A stretch of 64,000 nucleotides of DNA from Candidatus Binatia bacterium (GTDB lineage: Bacteria; Desulfobacterota; Binatia; HRBIN30). The position numbers were made by a program, and so were the translations under genes. Of this stretch, positions 37,715 to 46,545 are shown in pieces; position 1 is the first letter of the stretch, and every line of letters starts with the position of its first letter. A model generated the notes under the pieces. It had not been told where the DNA came from, did no database searches, and was given only the letters and a program-made list of their open reading frames with translations. The stretch lies in contig JBBRSP010000002.1 in the NCBI GenBank assembly GCA_038245295.1, forward strand, positions 353,941-417,940, given 5' to 3'.

Positions 37715-38260
37715 TCAGGCACCTCCGGGGGCGGCGCTACCGCCCAAGGCTTGCACCATGGTGGCTGCCTTCTGGGTGCCTTCGGGAGTCAGTCGGTAAG
37801 TGCTGGCTTTCCGCACGCCGGACTTCTTGACCAGGCGGGCTCTGACGTTCTTGGCGAGGAAGCGGTCGATACGTGTGCGCCGCAGGCCGGAGGCGCTCCA
37901 GGATTTTTTAAGGCGGGTACCGAGGACCGCCTGTCCTTCTTCTCCGAGTAATTGCTGGTAACCGTAGAGGAGCAACAGGGCGGCGTCGGCTTCGTGGTTC
38001 TTTCCGGCGGGGCGGGCGTTCAGCAGGATGAGGTTACGCCGCAAGTCGGCCGTCAGCGCCTCGGGGCGGTGATTCTCGGCCGTGCTGCTCGCGCCGGTCG
38101 GCGACAGCGCCGCGGCGGCCCTCGAAAGATGGGTAGTGACGAGCTTCTGCCACAGCTCGAAGTAGGACTCGACCACCAAGCGCGGCCCTTCGGCCTCGAA
38201 TTCGCATGTGTCGAGCTTGATGCGGAGTCTGACAATCTCGATCGGCTCAGCGTTCGCCAT
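37715..38260 (-). CDS. Hypothetical protein with probable C-terminal winged-helix DNA-binding domain
   Basis: N-terminal RIKLDTCEFEAEG; basic C-terminus ending G.RKASTYRLT.EG. ATG 38260 is conserved in the duplicate copy, whereas ATG 38317 is not. Confidence 0.7.
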   Translation of the reverse strand: MANAEPIEIVRLRIKLDTCEFEAEGPRLVVESYFELWQKLVTTHLSRAAAALSPTGASSTAENHRPEALTADLRRNLILLNARPAGKNHEADAALLLLYGYQQLLGEEGQAVLGTRLKKSWSASGLRRTRIDRFLAKNVRARLVKKSGVRKASTYRLTPEGTQKAATMVQALGGSAAPGGA

Positions 38261-38360
38261 GCTCGCTTCTGCCACATTCGTCGCCCGGATTAAAACGCCT
38301 GGCGTCGAGGATGCCATTCACCTGTTACGAGACTTGAGAGCGTTCTAACAACGTCCCCCT
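38143..38360. repeat. 218-bp direct repeat, copy 1
   Basis: Aligns without gaps to 40281-40498 (offset 2138); about 21 mismatches by manual count. Confidence 0.92.
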
Positions 38361-39174
38361 CCGCCCTCCTGAGCATACCCGCCTCGGGGCAGCTTTTCGA
38401 TCACCGCGATTCCCGGTCGCGCCTGTTTACCGTTGCCCGCCAGATACAGCTCTGACACGCGGCCACGGACAACGCGCCCCCAGCTCCGCGCCCCCTTTCC
38501 TTACCCAGTCTCAAAACCACTGACTTACGCTGGACCTGTAGGAAAGGTATTCCTCACCGAACTTCCCGTTTAGGTAGCGTTCCTCGCGCAGGACCACTCC
38601 CCACTAAGTGAGCGCTATCGCCGGCAAGACCATAAGCAGCACCCATGGCAAGTTCAGAGCCAGGCAGGCGCCCACGTACAGCAGCGTGAGCGACAAGTAT
38701 GTGGGGTTTCGGCTGTAGAGGAAGGCACCATCCACGGCCTAACGCTGGCAATCAGCGGCGTGCGGTCTTTATCGTGCGTCGGCTGGATTGCCCGGCGTGC
38801 CGACTTGTCGCTGCTCATTTCTCGGGGTCGTAAAGCTCTAAAGGCAGGAAGAAGCTCTTCCTGAGGTCCTGCCCCTCGGTGGGTGTTTTCAGGAGGTCCG
38901 CTACGTTGTGCACCGTGTGTTCCGCGTCCGCGGGTTCCTGAGGAACCAACGAGGATTGACAAGATGATCGCTCCTTCGAGCTCCCCTTGCTCATCCATTG
39001 GCCGTCTAGCGCCACTTCTCCTGCGCATTCAAGTCTTATCCACATCCGCGAGCTGCCGGGACCGCTGGAGTGCGCGTTGGTCCAGCGATCCACCATCGAC
39101 TTGGCCTGCCGCTTCACGAGACATTTACTAACCGTCGCGTTTCGATCTATATAGAGCGAGAGGTGGTCGCTGCA

Positions 39175-39549
39175 ATGCCCGGTCAACATCTCGGTGAACG
39201 ACACAAGCGGATCTTGGTCGTCCTGTTCATCCCAAGCGTAGAGCGCGACGGAACAACCGCAGTCGACCAGCAGCGTTGGGTTAAAGAAGCGCTCGAGACT
39301 CTCGGGCGCGTATTTGGCGGTGCAACGGCGTATCCGCGCGCGCAAGGTGTTTGGCGCGACGACGAACGAGGCAAGGCGCTCATCTTCGACGAGCCTGTCG
39401 TAATGCACTGCTACATCTCACCCGAAGACATCGAGAACGCGGCGAATCTCGCCGAAGTGAGTCGGTTCTGTAGGCGTATGGGACGCGAAACAAATCAAGG
39501 AGAGATCGGCCTGGAGTACATTGCCATCCGGAGCTTTGAAGAGGAGTGA
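39175..39549 (+). CDS. Hypothetical protein (possible DUF3574/PII-like ferredoxin fold)
   Basis: GAGGTGG RBS; FGGAT.YP...G.W.DD.....DEP...C...F...MG....Q.EI pattern. Confidence 0.75.
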   Translation: MPGQHLGERHKRILVVLFIPSVERDGTTAVDQQRWVKEALETLGRVFGGATAYPRAQGVWRDDERGKALIFDEPVVMHCYISPEDIENAANLAEVSRFCRRMGRETNQGEIGLEYIAIRSFEEE

Positions 39550-39552
39550 GCC

Positions 39553-39942
39553 ATGAAAGCCCAACTCGACATGGATCGAATCGCCAAGAATCTGGGCGGC
39601 GAGCGACGCGGAAGCGTTGAAGCCAAAGGCGGCTACTTCGGCGCGTTGCAGGTCGCCGCAGATGTCGAGGAGCGCTTTCGCGTCCCCGCTCGCGGCGGGC
39701 GGGCGACGAACCCGAACTGGACCGAGCGACGCCTGTTGCCGCTCGCTCCCGGAACGCTGAAAGGCCTCGAGGGACTCGCCAAGAAGATGCGCGACGATCG
39801 CGGCGTCAGCATCGACCCGATGCAACTCGCGGCAATCCTTCTGGAGAAAGCATTTGAGCGACTCACCGCCGAGGAGGCGAACAATCTCGTTCGCGAACCG
39901 AGCGCGAGGGAAGGTACCGCGCGGAGAAGAGGAGAAAGCTGA
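39553..39942 (+). CDS. Hypothetical protein, coupled partner of 39175 (possible ribbon-helix-helix C-terminus)
   Basis: Starts 3 nt after the upstream stop with GAGGAG RBS; GGRATNP.W..RR..PL...TL..LE.LA.......PMQLAAILLE. Confidence 0.75.
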   Translation: MKAQLDMDRIAKNLGGERRGSVEAKGGYFGALQVAADVEERFRVPARGGRATNPNWTERRLLPLAPGTLKGLEGLAKKMRDDRGVSIDPMQLAAILLEKAFERLTAEEANNLVREPSAREGTARRRGES

Positions 39943-40114
39943 TCCATCTACATGGGCTCCGCCGAGGGCAGCCCACCGACAATTGCGAGAATCGCACTCG
40001 CGTCCCCCGAATCGTCCTCCTTCCCGGGCGAAACCCGGAAGGTTGCCGCTTTCGAGACTTCCAACAAGCGAGATCCCCGCTTCCGGCCTTTCGTCGGGAT
40101 GGCTGAAACCGCCG

Positions 40115-40398
40115 TCAGCGATCGCCAGATCGCTTGGTGCAGAAACCCGCGGAGCCCGCACCGACACAGGTGAAGTCGATCGGGCAAACGCTTTCGATGC
40201 AACAAACACGCTCCTGCAAATTGCAGGTGAAGGTTGGGGAGCACTCTTCGGCAGCATTTGGGTTGCAAGGACTGCCGGGTGCTTCTGCCACACCTCGACG
40301 TAGGACTCGACCACCAGGCGCGGGCCTTGGGCCTCGAACTCGCACGTGTCGAGTTCAATGCTGAGCCTGACAATCTCGATCGGCTCAGCGTTCGCCAT
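40115..40398 (-). pseudogene. Chimeric remnant: 5' third of a paralog of 37715-38260 joined out of frame to the 3' end of a Cys-rich gene
   Basis: MANAEPIEIVRLSIELDTCEFEAQGPRLVVESYVEVWQK, then homology ends at 40281. Another frame reads PCNPNAAEECSPTFTCNLQERVCCIESVCPIDFTCVG..FC*. Confidence 0.6.
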
Positions 40399-40498
40399 GC
40401 TCGCTTCTGCCACACTCGTCGCCCGGATTAAAATGTCTGGCATCGACGATGCTATTCACCTGTTACGAGACTTGAAAGCGTTCTAAGAACGCCCCCCT
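40281..40498. repeat. 218-bp direct repeat, copy 2
   Basis: See 38143-38360. Confidence 0.92.
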
Positions 40499-40826
40499 TT
40501 GCGCTGCGGCTCGGCAGTCATTGCCGCTCCATCGACACCGGGTACCTGTTCACATGCCGAGGGCATTCCCGGCGAGCAGGTCTTCGACGAACTGCGCACG
40601 CTGAGTGCCGAGTGTCGTAAAGCGCAATGTTTGTTCTCGCCCTTGACCGCGTATCGGCGGAGTCCGTAGAACTGAAGCTATGCCTCCGAAGGCCAGCATC
40701 ATCGAAACTCTTCCGGACGACCTGCGGAAAACTATCGAGCAGGATGTTCGGGCGGGCGACGACTAGCGTTCGAAATCGTCGCGGCGCGCGATGATCTGGC
40801 GAGTTTGAACCCAGCGTGCGGTTCCT

Positions 40827-40930
40827 TGCCACGGATGAACACCGATGAACACAGATGCAGGCCCTTTGGGCCTGCGATGCGCGCCTAGCCGTTGGCAAAC
40901 CATCTGTGTTCATCTCATTCATCCGTGGCA
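40827..40930. repeat. Long imperfect hairpin of GATGAACAC units
   Basis: TGCCACGGATGAACACCGATGAACACAGATG ... CATCTGTGTTCATCTCATTCATCCGTGGCA. Confidence 0.7.
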
Positions 40931-41024
40931 AACGGCCTCTCGGTTGGGTTACGGGCGAAGCCCGCGTCGTGGTCTTCGTGTCCATCGTGGTGAAATCTCT
41001 TCCGTGGCGACTGAACCACGAGAC

Positions 41025-41295
41025 GGCCTCCGAGTCTGTCGACTTTCTCTGATTCATCGTTTGAAACAGCGCAAACACCCCCGTCATACCGGCGAAAGCC
41101 GGTATCTCGCCAGCATTCTTGGCCTTCCACTCGAGGAGATCCCGGCTTTCGCCGGGATGACGTTGCTTCATTTTGATTTTACGACAGTCTCTTTCGCCGG
41201 GATGACGTTGCTCCACTTTGGTTTTACGACAGTCTCCTCCGCCGGTATGACGAGGCTCCGCATTGGCCCTCACCCTCGCTAACATAACGACATTG
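41025..41295. mobile_element. Second, left-truncated copy of the 4204-4465 MITE
   Basis: Near-identical to 4241-4465 with one extra internal unit of about 45 bp. Retains the right TIR CCCTCGCTAACATAACGACATTG and is followed by ACCCTAACCCTCTCCC. Confidence 0.8.
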
Positions 41296-41355
41296 ACCCT
41301 AACCCTCTCCCGCCATCGATTTTTCATTAGATGCGGGAGAGGGGACGCGTGCGAC

Positions 41356-42354
41356 CTACGGCGCCTGGAAGAACTCGATCATCTGCTGGCTGGTGAGATC
41401 CGGCTCTTCGTGCAGCAGCCAGTGCCCGGCGTTGGGCACCTCGACCAGGGTGGCGTTGGCGCAGTGATTCAGGCTGAGCTTCGCCAGGCGACTATCGAAG
41501 AAGCGATCACCGAAGCCCCAGACGATGCGGACTGGGATCTTTACCTGACCATCGCCCGCAATGTCGGGGCCGGAGCCGGCGGCGCGGTACCAGTTGACCA
41601 TAGCGTGCATCGAATCGTCGCGATCCCAGGCGTACCGGTAGAGATCCATGTCGGCATCGGGGAATGTGCCGGGACGGCTGGTCTGGCGCAGGTTGTCGAC
41701 GAGCAGTCCCCAGTTACCCAGGCGGCCGACCATCTCGGGGATCATCGACAGCTGGAAGAAGTAACGATACCAGTTGATGGTTTTCGGCTTGGCCTCCGGT
41801 GATTGCTCGACGTCGCGGAAGGAGAACGGATGCGGGGCGTTGAACATCACCAGCTTCCGGAACAGCTCCGGATGTTCGATCACCAGCTTCCAGGCGATGG
41901 CACCACCCCAATCGTGCCCGGCGAGATACACTTGCTGATGGCCCAGGTGATGAATGAGGTCGACGAGGTCCTGCGCGAGCAGCTCGCGCGTGTACGCGCT
42001 GACGCCGTCAGGCTTGTCGGATCCGTTGTAACCGCGTTGATCGGGAGCGATGACGCGAAATCCAGCAAGCGCCAGGCGAGCAATCTGCGCATGCCAGGCC
42101 CACCAGAATTCCGGATAACCGTGCAGCAAGACGACGGGCGGGCCATCGACCGGTCCGGCCTGTACGACATGCAGACGAATGCCGTGCGCCTCGATCATCG
42201 ACGACTCGAGAGGCACTCCGTCGCGCGCGGCGGTCAGCGCAACGATGTCGATGGGTATCTGGACTCCCGAGAAGTGCGACACGATTGCCAGGGTGCCGAA
42301 GGCGAGAACCACGAGGAGCCCGAGCCCCATTCCGAGTCGGCGCAGCATTCTCAT
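41356..42354 (-). CDS. Epoxide-hydrolase-like alpha/beta hydrolase with N-terminal membrane anchor
   Basis: LLHGYPEFW, APDQRGYN.SDKP, GHDWGG, NWYRA, AGHWL. Confidence 0.92.
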   Translation of the reverse strand: MRMLRRLGMGLGLLVVLAFGTLAIVSHFSGVQIPIDIVALTAARDGVPLESSMIEAHGIRLHVVQAGPVDGPPVVLLHGYPEFWWAWHAQIARLALAGFRVIAPDQRGYNGSDKPDGVSAYTRELLAQDLVDLIHHLGHQQVYLAGHDWGGAIAWKLVIEHPELFRKLVMFNAPHPFSFRDVEQSPEAKPKTINWYRYFFQLSMIPEMVGRLGNWGLLVDNLRQTSRPGTFPDADMDLYRYAWDRDDSMHAMVNWYRAAGSGPDIAGDGQVKIPVRIVWGFGDRFFDSRLAKLSLNHCANATLVEVPNAGHWLLHEEPDLTSQQMIEFFQAP

Positions 42355-42437
42355 GCGCCGGCCACATCACCACCGCGCGAAAAATGCAATCGCTGCCGTC
42401 GCCGGTGAGTCGTGAGGCTCGGCTCGCGTTCACGCAA

Positions 42438-42466
42438 TCGTAACCGCGCTGTTACCGTACTGTAGG
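42438..42466 (+). promoter_or_regulatory. Pho-box-like array upstream of tonB
   Basis: TCGTAAC-N4-CTGTTAC-N4-CTGTAGG; three heptamers at 11-bp period, about 40 nt before the ATG. Confidence 0.55.
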
Positions 42467-42505
42467 AATCTGCGCGTAAGATGGCCGTGGTCTTCGAGCC
42501 TTCTT

Positions 42506-43270
42506 ATGAGCGCCACCATTCCGCAGTTCTCTTCCTATTCTCCTGATCGCGAGCAACGCAGTTGGGGCGCGGCCCTCTTCACCTCTGCCGTGATCTACGC
42601 GGTCGTCGGGGTAACCGTCGTTGTGCTGGGCAAAGCGACACACGACGTGTTCGTCGAGAAACCACCCGAGCTGACGTTTACCGAGACCATCGCCAAAGTC
42701 GAAGCACCGCCGCCACCACCGCCGGTTGTCGAGGCTCAGCCGGCGCCGCCGCCACCGGTCGCGGCGCCGGTCGTGCCGAAGAATATGAAGATACGCAAAC
42801 TCGACGCACCTCCGCCGCCGAAGGAACTGGTTGCGCCGAAGGAGTTGCCAAAGGCGAGCCCGCAGGAAGCCGATCCAAGTCAGGACAAGGGCGTCGCCGT
42901 CTACGGTGAGCCCGGCACCGGCGATCCCGCCGGTTTGGAAGGTGGCGTCGCTGGGGCGACCGCCAGTGGTAATGCCAATGCGATCGCCGTTCCTGAGGAC
43001 GCTGATCCGCCGACGCCGCTCAAGTCCAACGCTCCGCCCCCATACCCCCAAGAAGCGCGTGCCGCCGGCAAGACCGGGGACGTCATTTTGAAGGTCGTGA
43101 TCCGTGCCGACGGCAGTGTCGCCGACGTTCAAGTGCAACGCGGCGACGAGCCGTTCGCCAGTGCCGCCGTCGCCGCTGTGAAGCTCTGGAAGTACGAACC
43201 GGCGCGTTACAAGGGCCAAGCCATAACCGTCTACACGATGATTCGGATCCCGTTCAAACTTACCGTCTAG
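42506..43270 (+). CDS. tonB: TonB family energy transducer
   Basis: Single N-terminal TM, Pro-rich linker, C-terminal P.YP.EAR..G..G.V.L...I..DG.V...A..AV..W.Y.PA. Confidence 0.92.
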   Translation: MSATIPQFSSYSPDREQRSWGAALFTSAVIYAVVGVTVVVLGKATHDVFVEKPPELTFTETIAKVEAPPPPPPVVEAQPAPPPPVAAPVVPKNMKIRKLDAPPPPKELVAPKELPKASPQEADPSQDKGVAVYGEPGTGDPAGLEGGVAGATASGNANAIAVPEDADPPTPLKSNAPPPYPQEARAAGKTGDVILKVVIRADGSVADVQVQRGDEPFASAAVAAVKLWKYEPARYKGQAITVYTMIRIPFKLTV

Positions 43271-43329
43271 TTCGTGGTGCCAAAGCGCCCGCATCGTTCA
43301 TCTCAGTAAGGAAGCGAAAGGACCAAAGC

Positions 43330-44109
43330 ATGCAATTCAGTATCGCCGAGATGTGGCAGCACATGGGTTTGCCGGCAATCATCGTTGCCGCCGTGCTGGT
43401 GACGATGGGGCTCGCCTCACTGACGGTATTTGCCGAACGGCTGATCAGCGTGCGGCGCTCGCGCTCGGCGTCGCGACGCTTCGCCGCTGAGATCGGCGAT
43501 CAGGTCGCCACGGGGAACTTCGACGCCGTCCTCACAGCCGCCGAGCAGGCCAAGCACAGCCACCTGGCGCGCGTCATCCGTAGCGGCCTCACCATGTTCC
43601 GTCACGCCGAGCAAACCTCCGATATTTCCGGGCTCACGCCGGTCGACCGCACGACGCGTCACATGGAACGCTTCATGGAAGAAATCGGCAGCGACCTGCG
43701 TCGCGGCTTGAGTGTGCTTGCCTCGGTTGGATCGGTGGCGCCGTTTGTTGGTCTTCTCGGTACGGTCGTGGGTATCATCAGCGCTTTCCAAAGCATCGCC
43801 GCGAGCGGCTCGGGTGGTCTGTCTTCGGTCTCCGCCGGCATCAGCGAAGCGCTCATCGAGACAGCCCTTGGCCTAACCGTCGCCATTCCCGCTGTGCTTG
43901 CCTTCAACTACCTGTCGACCGAGATCGGTCGCGAAGAGCAACGTCTCAATCATGCGAGCAGCGAAATGCTCGACACGCTCGAAGATCTCGCCGAGCGTCA
44001 TACCGGTGGAATGCCGCGTTCGACCACGGCGCCAACCAAAACTGCCGAAGCCCGTCCTTCCGCCGCGCGCAGCAGTGTGGTGCGCAGCGAAGCTGGAGCG
44101 CTGGCGTGA
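43330..44109 (+). CDS. exbB: MotA/TolQ/ExbB proton channel protein
   Basis: LASVGSVAPFVGLLGTVVGII.AF...GISEALI.TA.GL.VAIPA. Confidence 0.93.
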   Translation: MQFSIAEMWQHMGLPAIIVAAVLVTMGLASLTVFAERLISVRRSRSASRRFAAEIGDQVATGNFDAVLTAAEQAKHSHLARVIRSGLTMFRHAEQTSDISGLTPVDRTTRHMERFMEEIGSDLRRGLSVLASVGSVAPFVGLLGTVVGIISAFQSIAASGSGGLSSVSAGISEALIETALGLTVAIPAVLAFNYLSTEIGREEQRLNHASSEMLDTLEDLAERHTGGMPRSTTAPTKTAEARPSAARSSVVRSEAGALA

Positions 44110-44555
44110 GACTACGCCGCAAGAGAGCCCGGGCGGCTGACGTCCAGCCCGACATGAACGTCACGCCACTGGTCGACGTCGTTCTCGTGCTGTTGATCAT
44201 CTTCATGGTGGTTGCACCGCGGATGGATCAAGACGTGCCGGTCGAGTTACCTGGAATCTACAATCCTGACCCCGACGTCAAAGGTGCGATCGATCCGCTC
44301 AAGGTGTCGATTCCCAAGGCCGGAGAGTTTCATATCGACGAGAAGCAATTCGGTCTCGATCAGGCGGTCGAATATTTGGCGGGTGAGCATGCACTCAATC
44401 CCGATCGCCGTCTGGTGTTGCGTGCCGATGCGAGTCTGACCTACGGCGACGTGCGCCAGCTCTTCGCGCGCAGCCAGGAAATCGGATTCCCCGGCGTGTC
44501 GTTCCTCGTCGGCGAACGTAACCGCGGCGCCACATCCGCAGCTGCCGTGGAGTGA
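44106..44555 (+). CDS. exbD: ExbD/TolR family protein (copy 1)
   Basis: NVTPLVDVVLVLLIIFMV with the conserved Asp; LRAD..L.YG; GTGA overlap with exbB. Confidence 0.93.
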   Translation: MRLRRKRARAADVQPDMNVTPLVDVVLVLLIIFMVVAPRMDQDVPVELPGIYNPDPDVKGAIDPLKVSIPKAGEFHIDEKQFGLDQAVEYLAGEHALNPDRRLVLRADASLTYGDVRQLFARSQEIGFPGVSFLVGERNRGATSAAAVE

Positions 44556-44564
44556 GGTGCCAGC

Positions 44565-45020
44565 ATGGCGATGAATCTTGGGACTGGTGGGGGCGGCCAC
44601 GGCAAAACCAACGTGACGCCGACGATGAACGTCACACCGTTGGTCGACGTCGTTCTCGTCCTGCTGATCATCTTCATGGTGATCACGCCGCTGCTCAGCA
44701 AGAAATTCTGGGTTCATACGCCGAAGCAGGAGAAGAAAGAGGTCGAGCAGCAGGTCGATCAGGATCCCAATCCACCGCTCGTCCTGCGAATCGCGGCAGA
44801 CAAGAGTTTGCAGATCAACGGAACCACGCTGGCTGCCGACGAAGTGGTCGGGAAGCTGCGGCGCATGTTTGCGGCGCGCGACGATCATGTCCTGTTTTTT
44901 GATGCCGATGACGCCGCACCCTACGGCTTTGCTGTGGAAATGATGGACAAGGCGCGTGAAGGCGGGGCCGTGACGATCGCCACTTTGCCGACCGCGTTGG
45001 GTGTCCCGCCGCAACCCTGA
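44565..45020 (+). CDS. exbD: ExbD/TolR family protein (copy 2)
   Basis: NVTPLVDVVLVLLIIFMV; FDADD..PYG..V..MD. Confidence 0.93.
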   Translation: MAMNLGTGGGGHGKTNVTPTMNVTPLVDVVLVLLIIFMVITPLLSKKFWVHTPKQEKKEVEQQVDQDPNPPLVLRIAADKSLQINGTTLAADEVVGKLRRMFAARDDHVLFFDADDAAPYGFAVEMMDKAREGGAVTIATLPTALGVPPQP

Positions 45021-45023
45021 GCA

Positions 45024-45063
45024 TTGTAACCGTCTTGTAACCTGCGCGTCACGTTACTGTTTC
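45024..45063 (+). promoter_or_regulatory. Pho-box array upstream of the porin-pst operon
   Basis: TTGTAAC-N4-TTGTAAC-N4-GCGTCAC-N4-CTGTTTC; four heptamers at 11-bp period. Confidence 0.75.
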
Positions 45064-45109
45064 ATTACGCGATTAAGCTTCCTCGTAACACGACTGAAAG
45101 GGAGGGAGC

Positions 45110-46522
45110 ATGAAGTTGACATCTTGGAGGAGTGGGGCGGCAGCCCTGATTGCCTTGGCTGCACTCAGCACGCCGGCCTTGGCGGCGCGTGACATGTGCA
45201 AGCTGCTCAAGGATAAGGGCATCCTTGACGAACTCGAGTTCAACGAGTGCAAAGCGGCGCAGGAGAAGGAAGACGCCGGCGTCGAGACCAAGGCGAAGGA
45301 CACCATTGCGGCGAAGCTTCCCGCTTGGACCTCGATGATTACGCCGTTCGGCGATCTGCGTCTTCGCGAGGAAGGCTTTTACGGCACTCAGTCGGCGCGT
45401 AATCGTTTCCGGCTGAGAGCCCGTCTTGGTTTGACGGTAGCCCCGAACGACGAGCTGGCGACGACGATCCGCCTGGCTAGTGGCAACCCGGACGATCCGC
45501 TTTCGACCAATCAAAGCTTTGAGAGAACGTTCACGCGGAAGCCGATCTCTCTCGATCAGGCCTTCATCACACTCAAGCCATACAAATCGATCGGCCTCCA
45601 GACGCCGGGCTGGTTCACCATCGTCGGTGGTAAGTTCGCGCCGAACGCCTACCGCACCTCGGAATTGGTCTGGGATGACGACCTGTCGCCGGAAGGCGCC
45701 ACGGAAATCCTTAATCTCGTGGAAACGAAGGAAGGTTTGCTCCGTGGACTGCGCGTCAGTGCGTTCCAATGGACTGTCAACGAAGTTGCCGCCGGGCCTG
45801 ACACGTGGATGTACGGCGGCCAGGCCGTCGCGGATACGGCCCTGACCAACACGACGCTGTGGAGCTTTGGCCTTGCCGACTACTACTGGGATCACCTCAA
45901 CCGTGTGGCGCGCCGATACATCAGCCCGACCCTTACCGATCCGAAAGATCCAACCAAGACGGTAAGCAACAGCGAGCGTAACTCGAATCTCGCGGCGACC
46001 AACCGCTTGGTGCGCGACAAACTCAAGAATATCGTCGGATACGAGTCTGGCTACAACATCCTGAACGCCAACACCGAGATCAATTTCGCGAGTCCGTTTG
46101 GTCTCGGGATCCCTGCCGGTCTGTTCGCTGATCTGGCCTACAACACGCAATCCGATTCGCGCAATGTCGGCATCAACGTCGGCGCCGGCATCGGCCGTGC
46201 CGGGAAAGGTTGGTATGCCAACTCTCTCAAAAACGCCGGTGACTGGGGCTTCTCGTATACCTTCGCGCGTGTCGAGCAGGATTCGGTGCTCTCGTTGTTC
46301 GCCTACAGCGATTCCGAATACTTCCAGACCAACGTTACCAAACGCGGCTCGACCAACCTGATCACACACATCCTGCGCGCTGACTATGCTCTGTTCAGCA
46401 ACTTCCAGCTGACCGGGAAGGTCTTCTTCGTCAACGAGTTGGATCGCAAAGCATCGAACGTGACCCTCAATGGCAACGCAACCGCAGTACGCACCCAATT
46501 GGATGCGGTCGTAAAGTTCTAA
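45110..46522 (+). CDS. Putative outer-membrane porin (Porin_5-like)
   Basis: Signal peptide; LL..KGIL...E N-terminal helix; GDLRLR.E, R.R.RLRARLG, DP.STNQ, LVWD.DL.PEG; C-terminal QLD...KF beta-signal. Confidence 0.85.
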   Translation: MKLTSWRSGAAALIALAALSTPALAARDMCKLLKDKGILDELEFNECKAAQEKEDAGVETKAKDTIAAKLPAWTSMITPFGDLRLREEGFYGTQSARNRFRLRARLGLTVAPNDELATTIRLASGNPDDPLSTNQSFERTFTRKPISLDQAFITLKPYKSIGLQTPGWFTIVGGKFAPNAYRTSELVWDDDLSPEGATEILNLVETKEGLLRGLRVSAFQWTVNEVAAGPDTWMYGGQAVADTALTNTTLWSFGLADYYWDHLNRVARRYISPTLTDPKDPTKTVSNSERNSNLAATNRLVRDKLKNIVGYESGYNILNANTEINFASPFGLGIPAGLFADLAYNTQSDSRNVGINVGAGIGRAGKGWYANSLKNAGDWGFSYTFARVEQDSVLSLFAYSDSEYFQTNVTKRGSTNLITHILRADYALFSNFQLTGKVFFVNELDRKASNVTLNGNATAVRTQLDAVVKF

Positions 46523-46545
46523 AACGACCACAAAGGAGAGAGACA

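Noticed and set aside
38143..40498. Diversity-generating retroelement TR/VR pair
   Set aside because: Mismatches between the repeats involve all four bases rather than adenines only, the repeat covers a gene's 5' end, and no reverse transcriptase is present.
39418..41327. ORFs 39418-40443 and 40518-41327 as real proteins
   Set aside because: They are stitched across repeat sequence, a duplicated gene fragment and the antisense of real genes; the same applies to 4069-4452 and 30101-30634.
42506..45020. Tol-Pal system or Agl gliding motor
   Set aside because: No tolB/pal or glt genes are adjacent, and the C-terminal domain is TonB-type. Not fully excluded without phylogeny.
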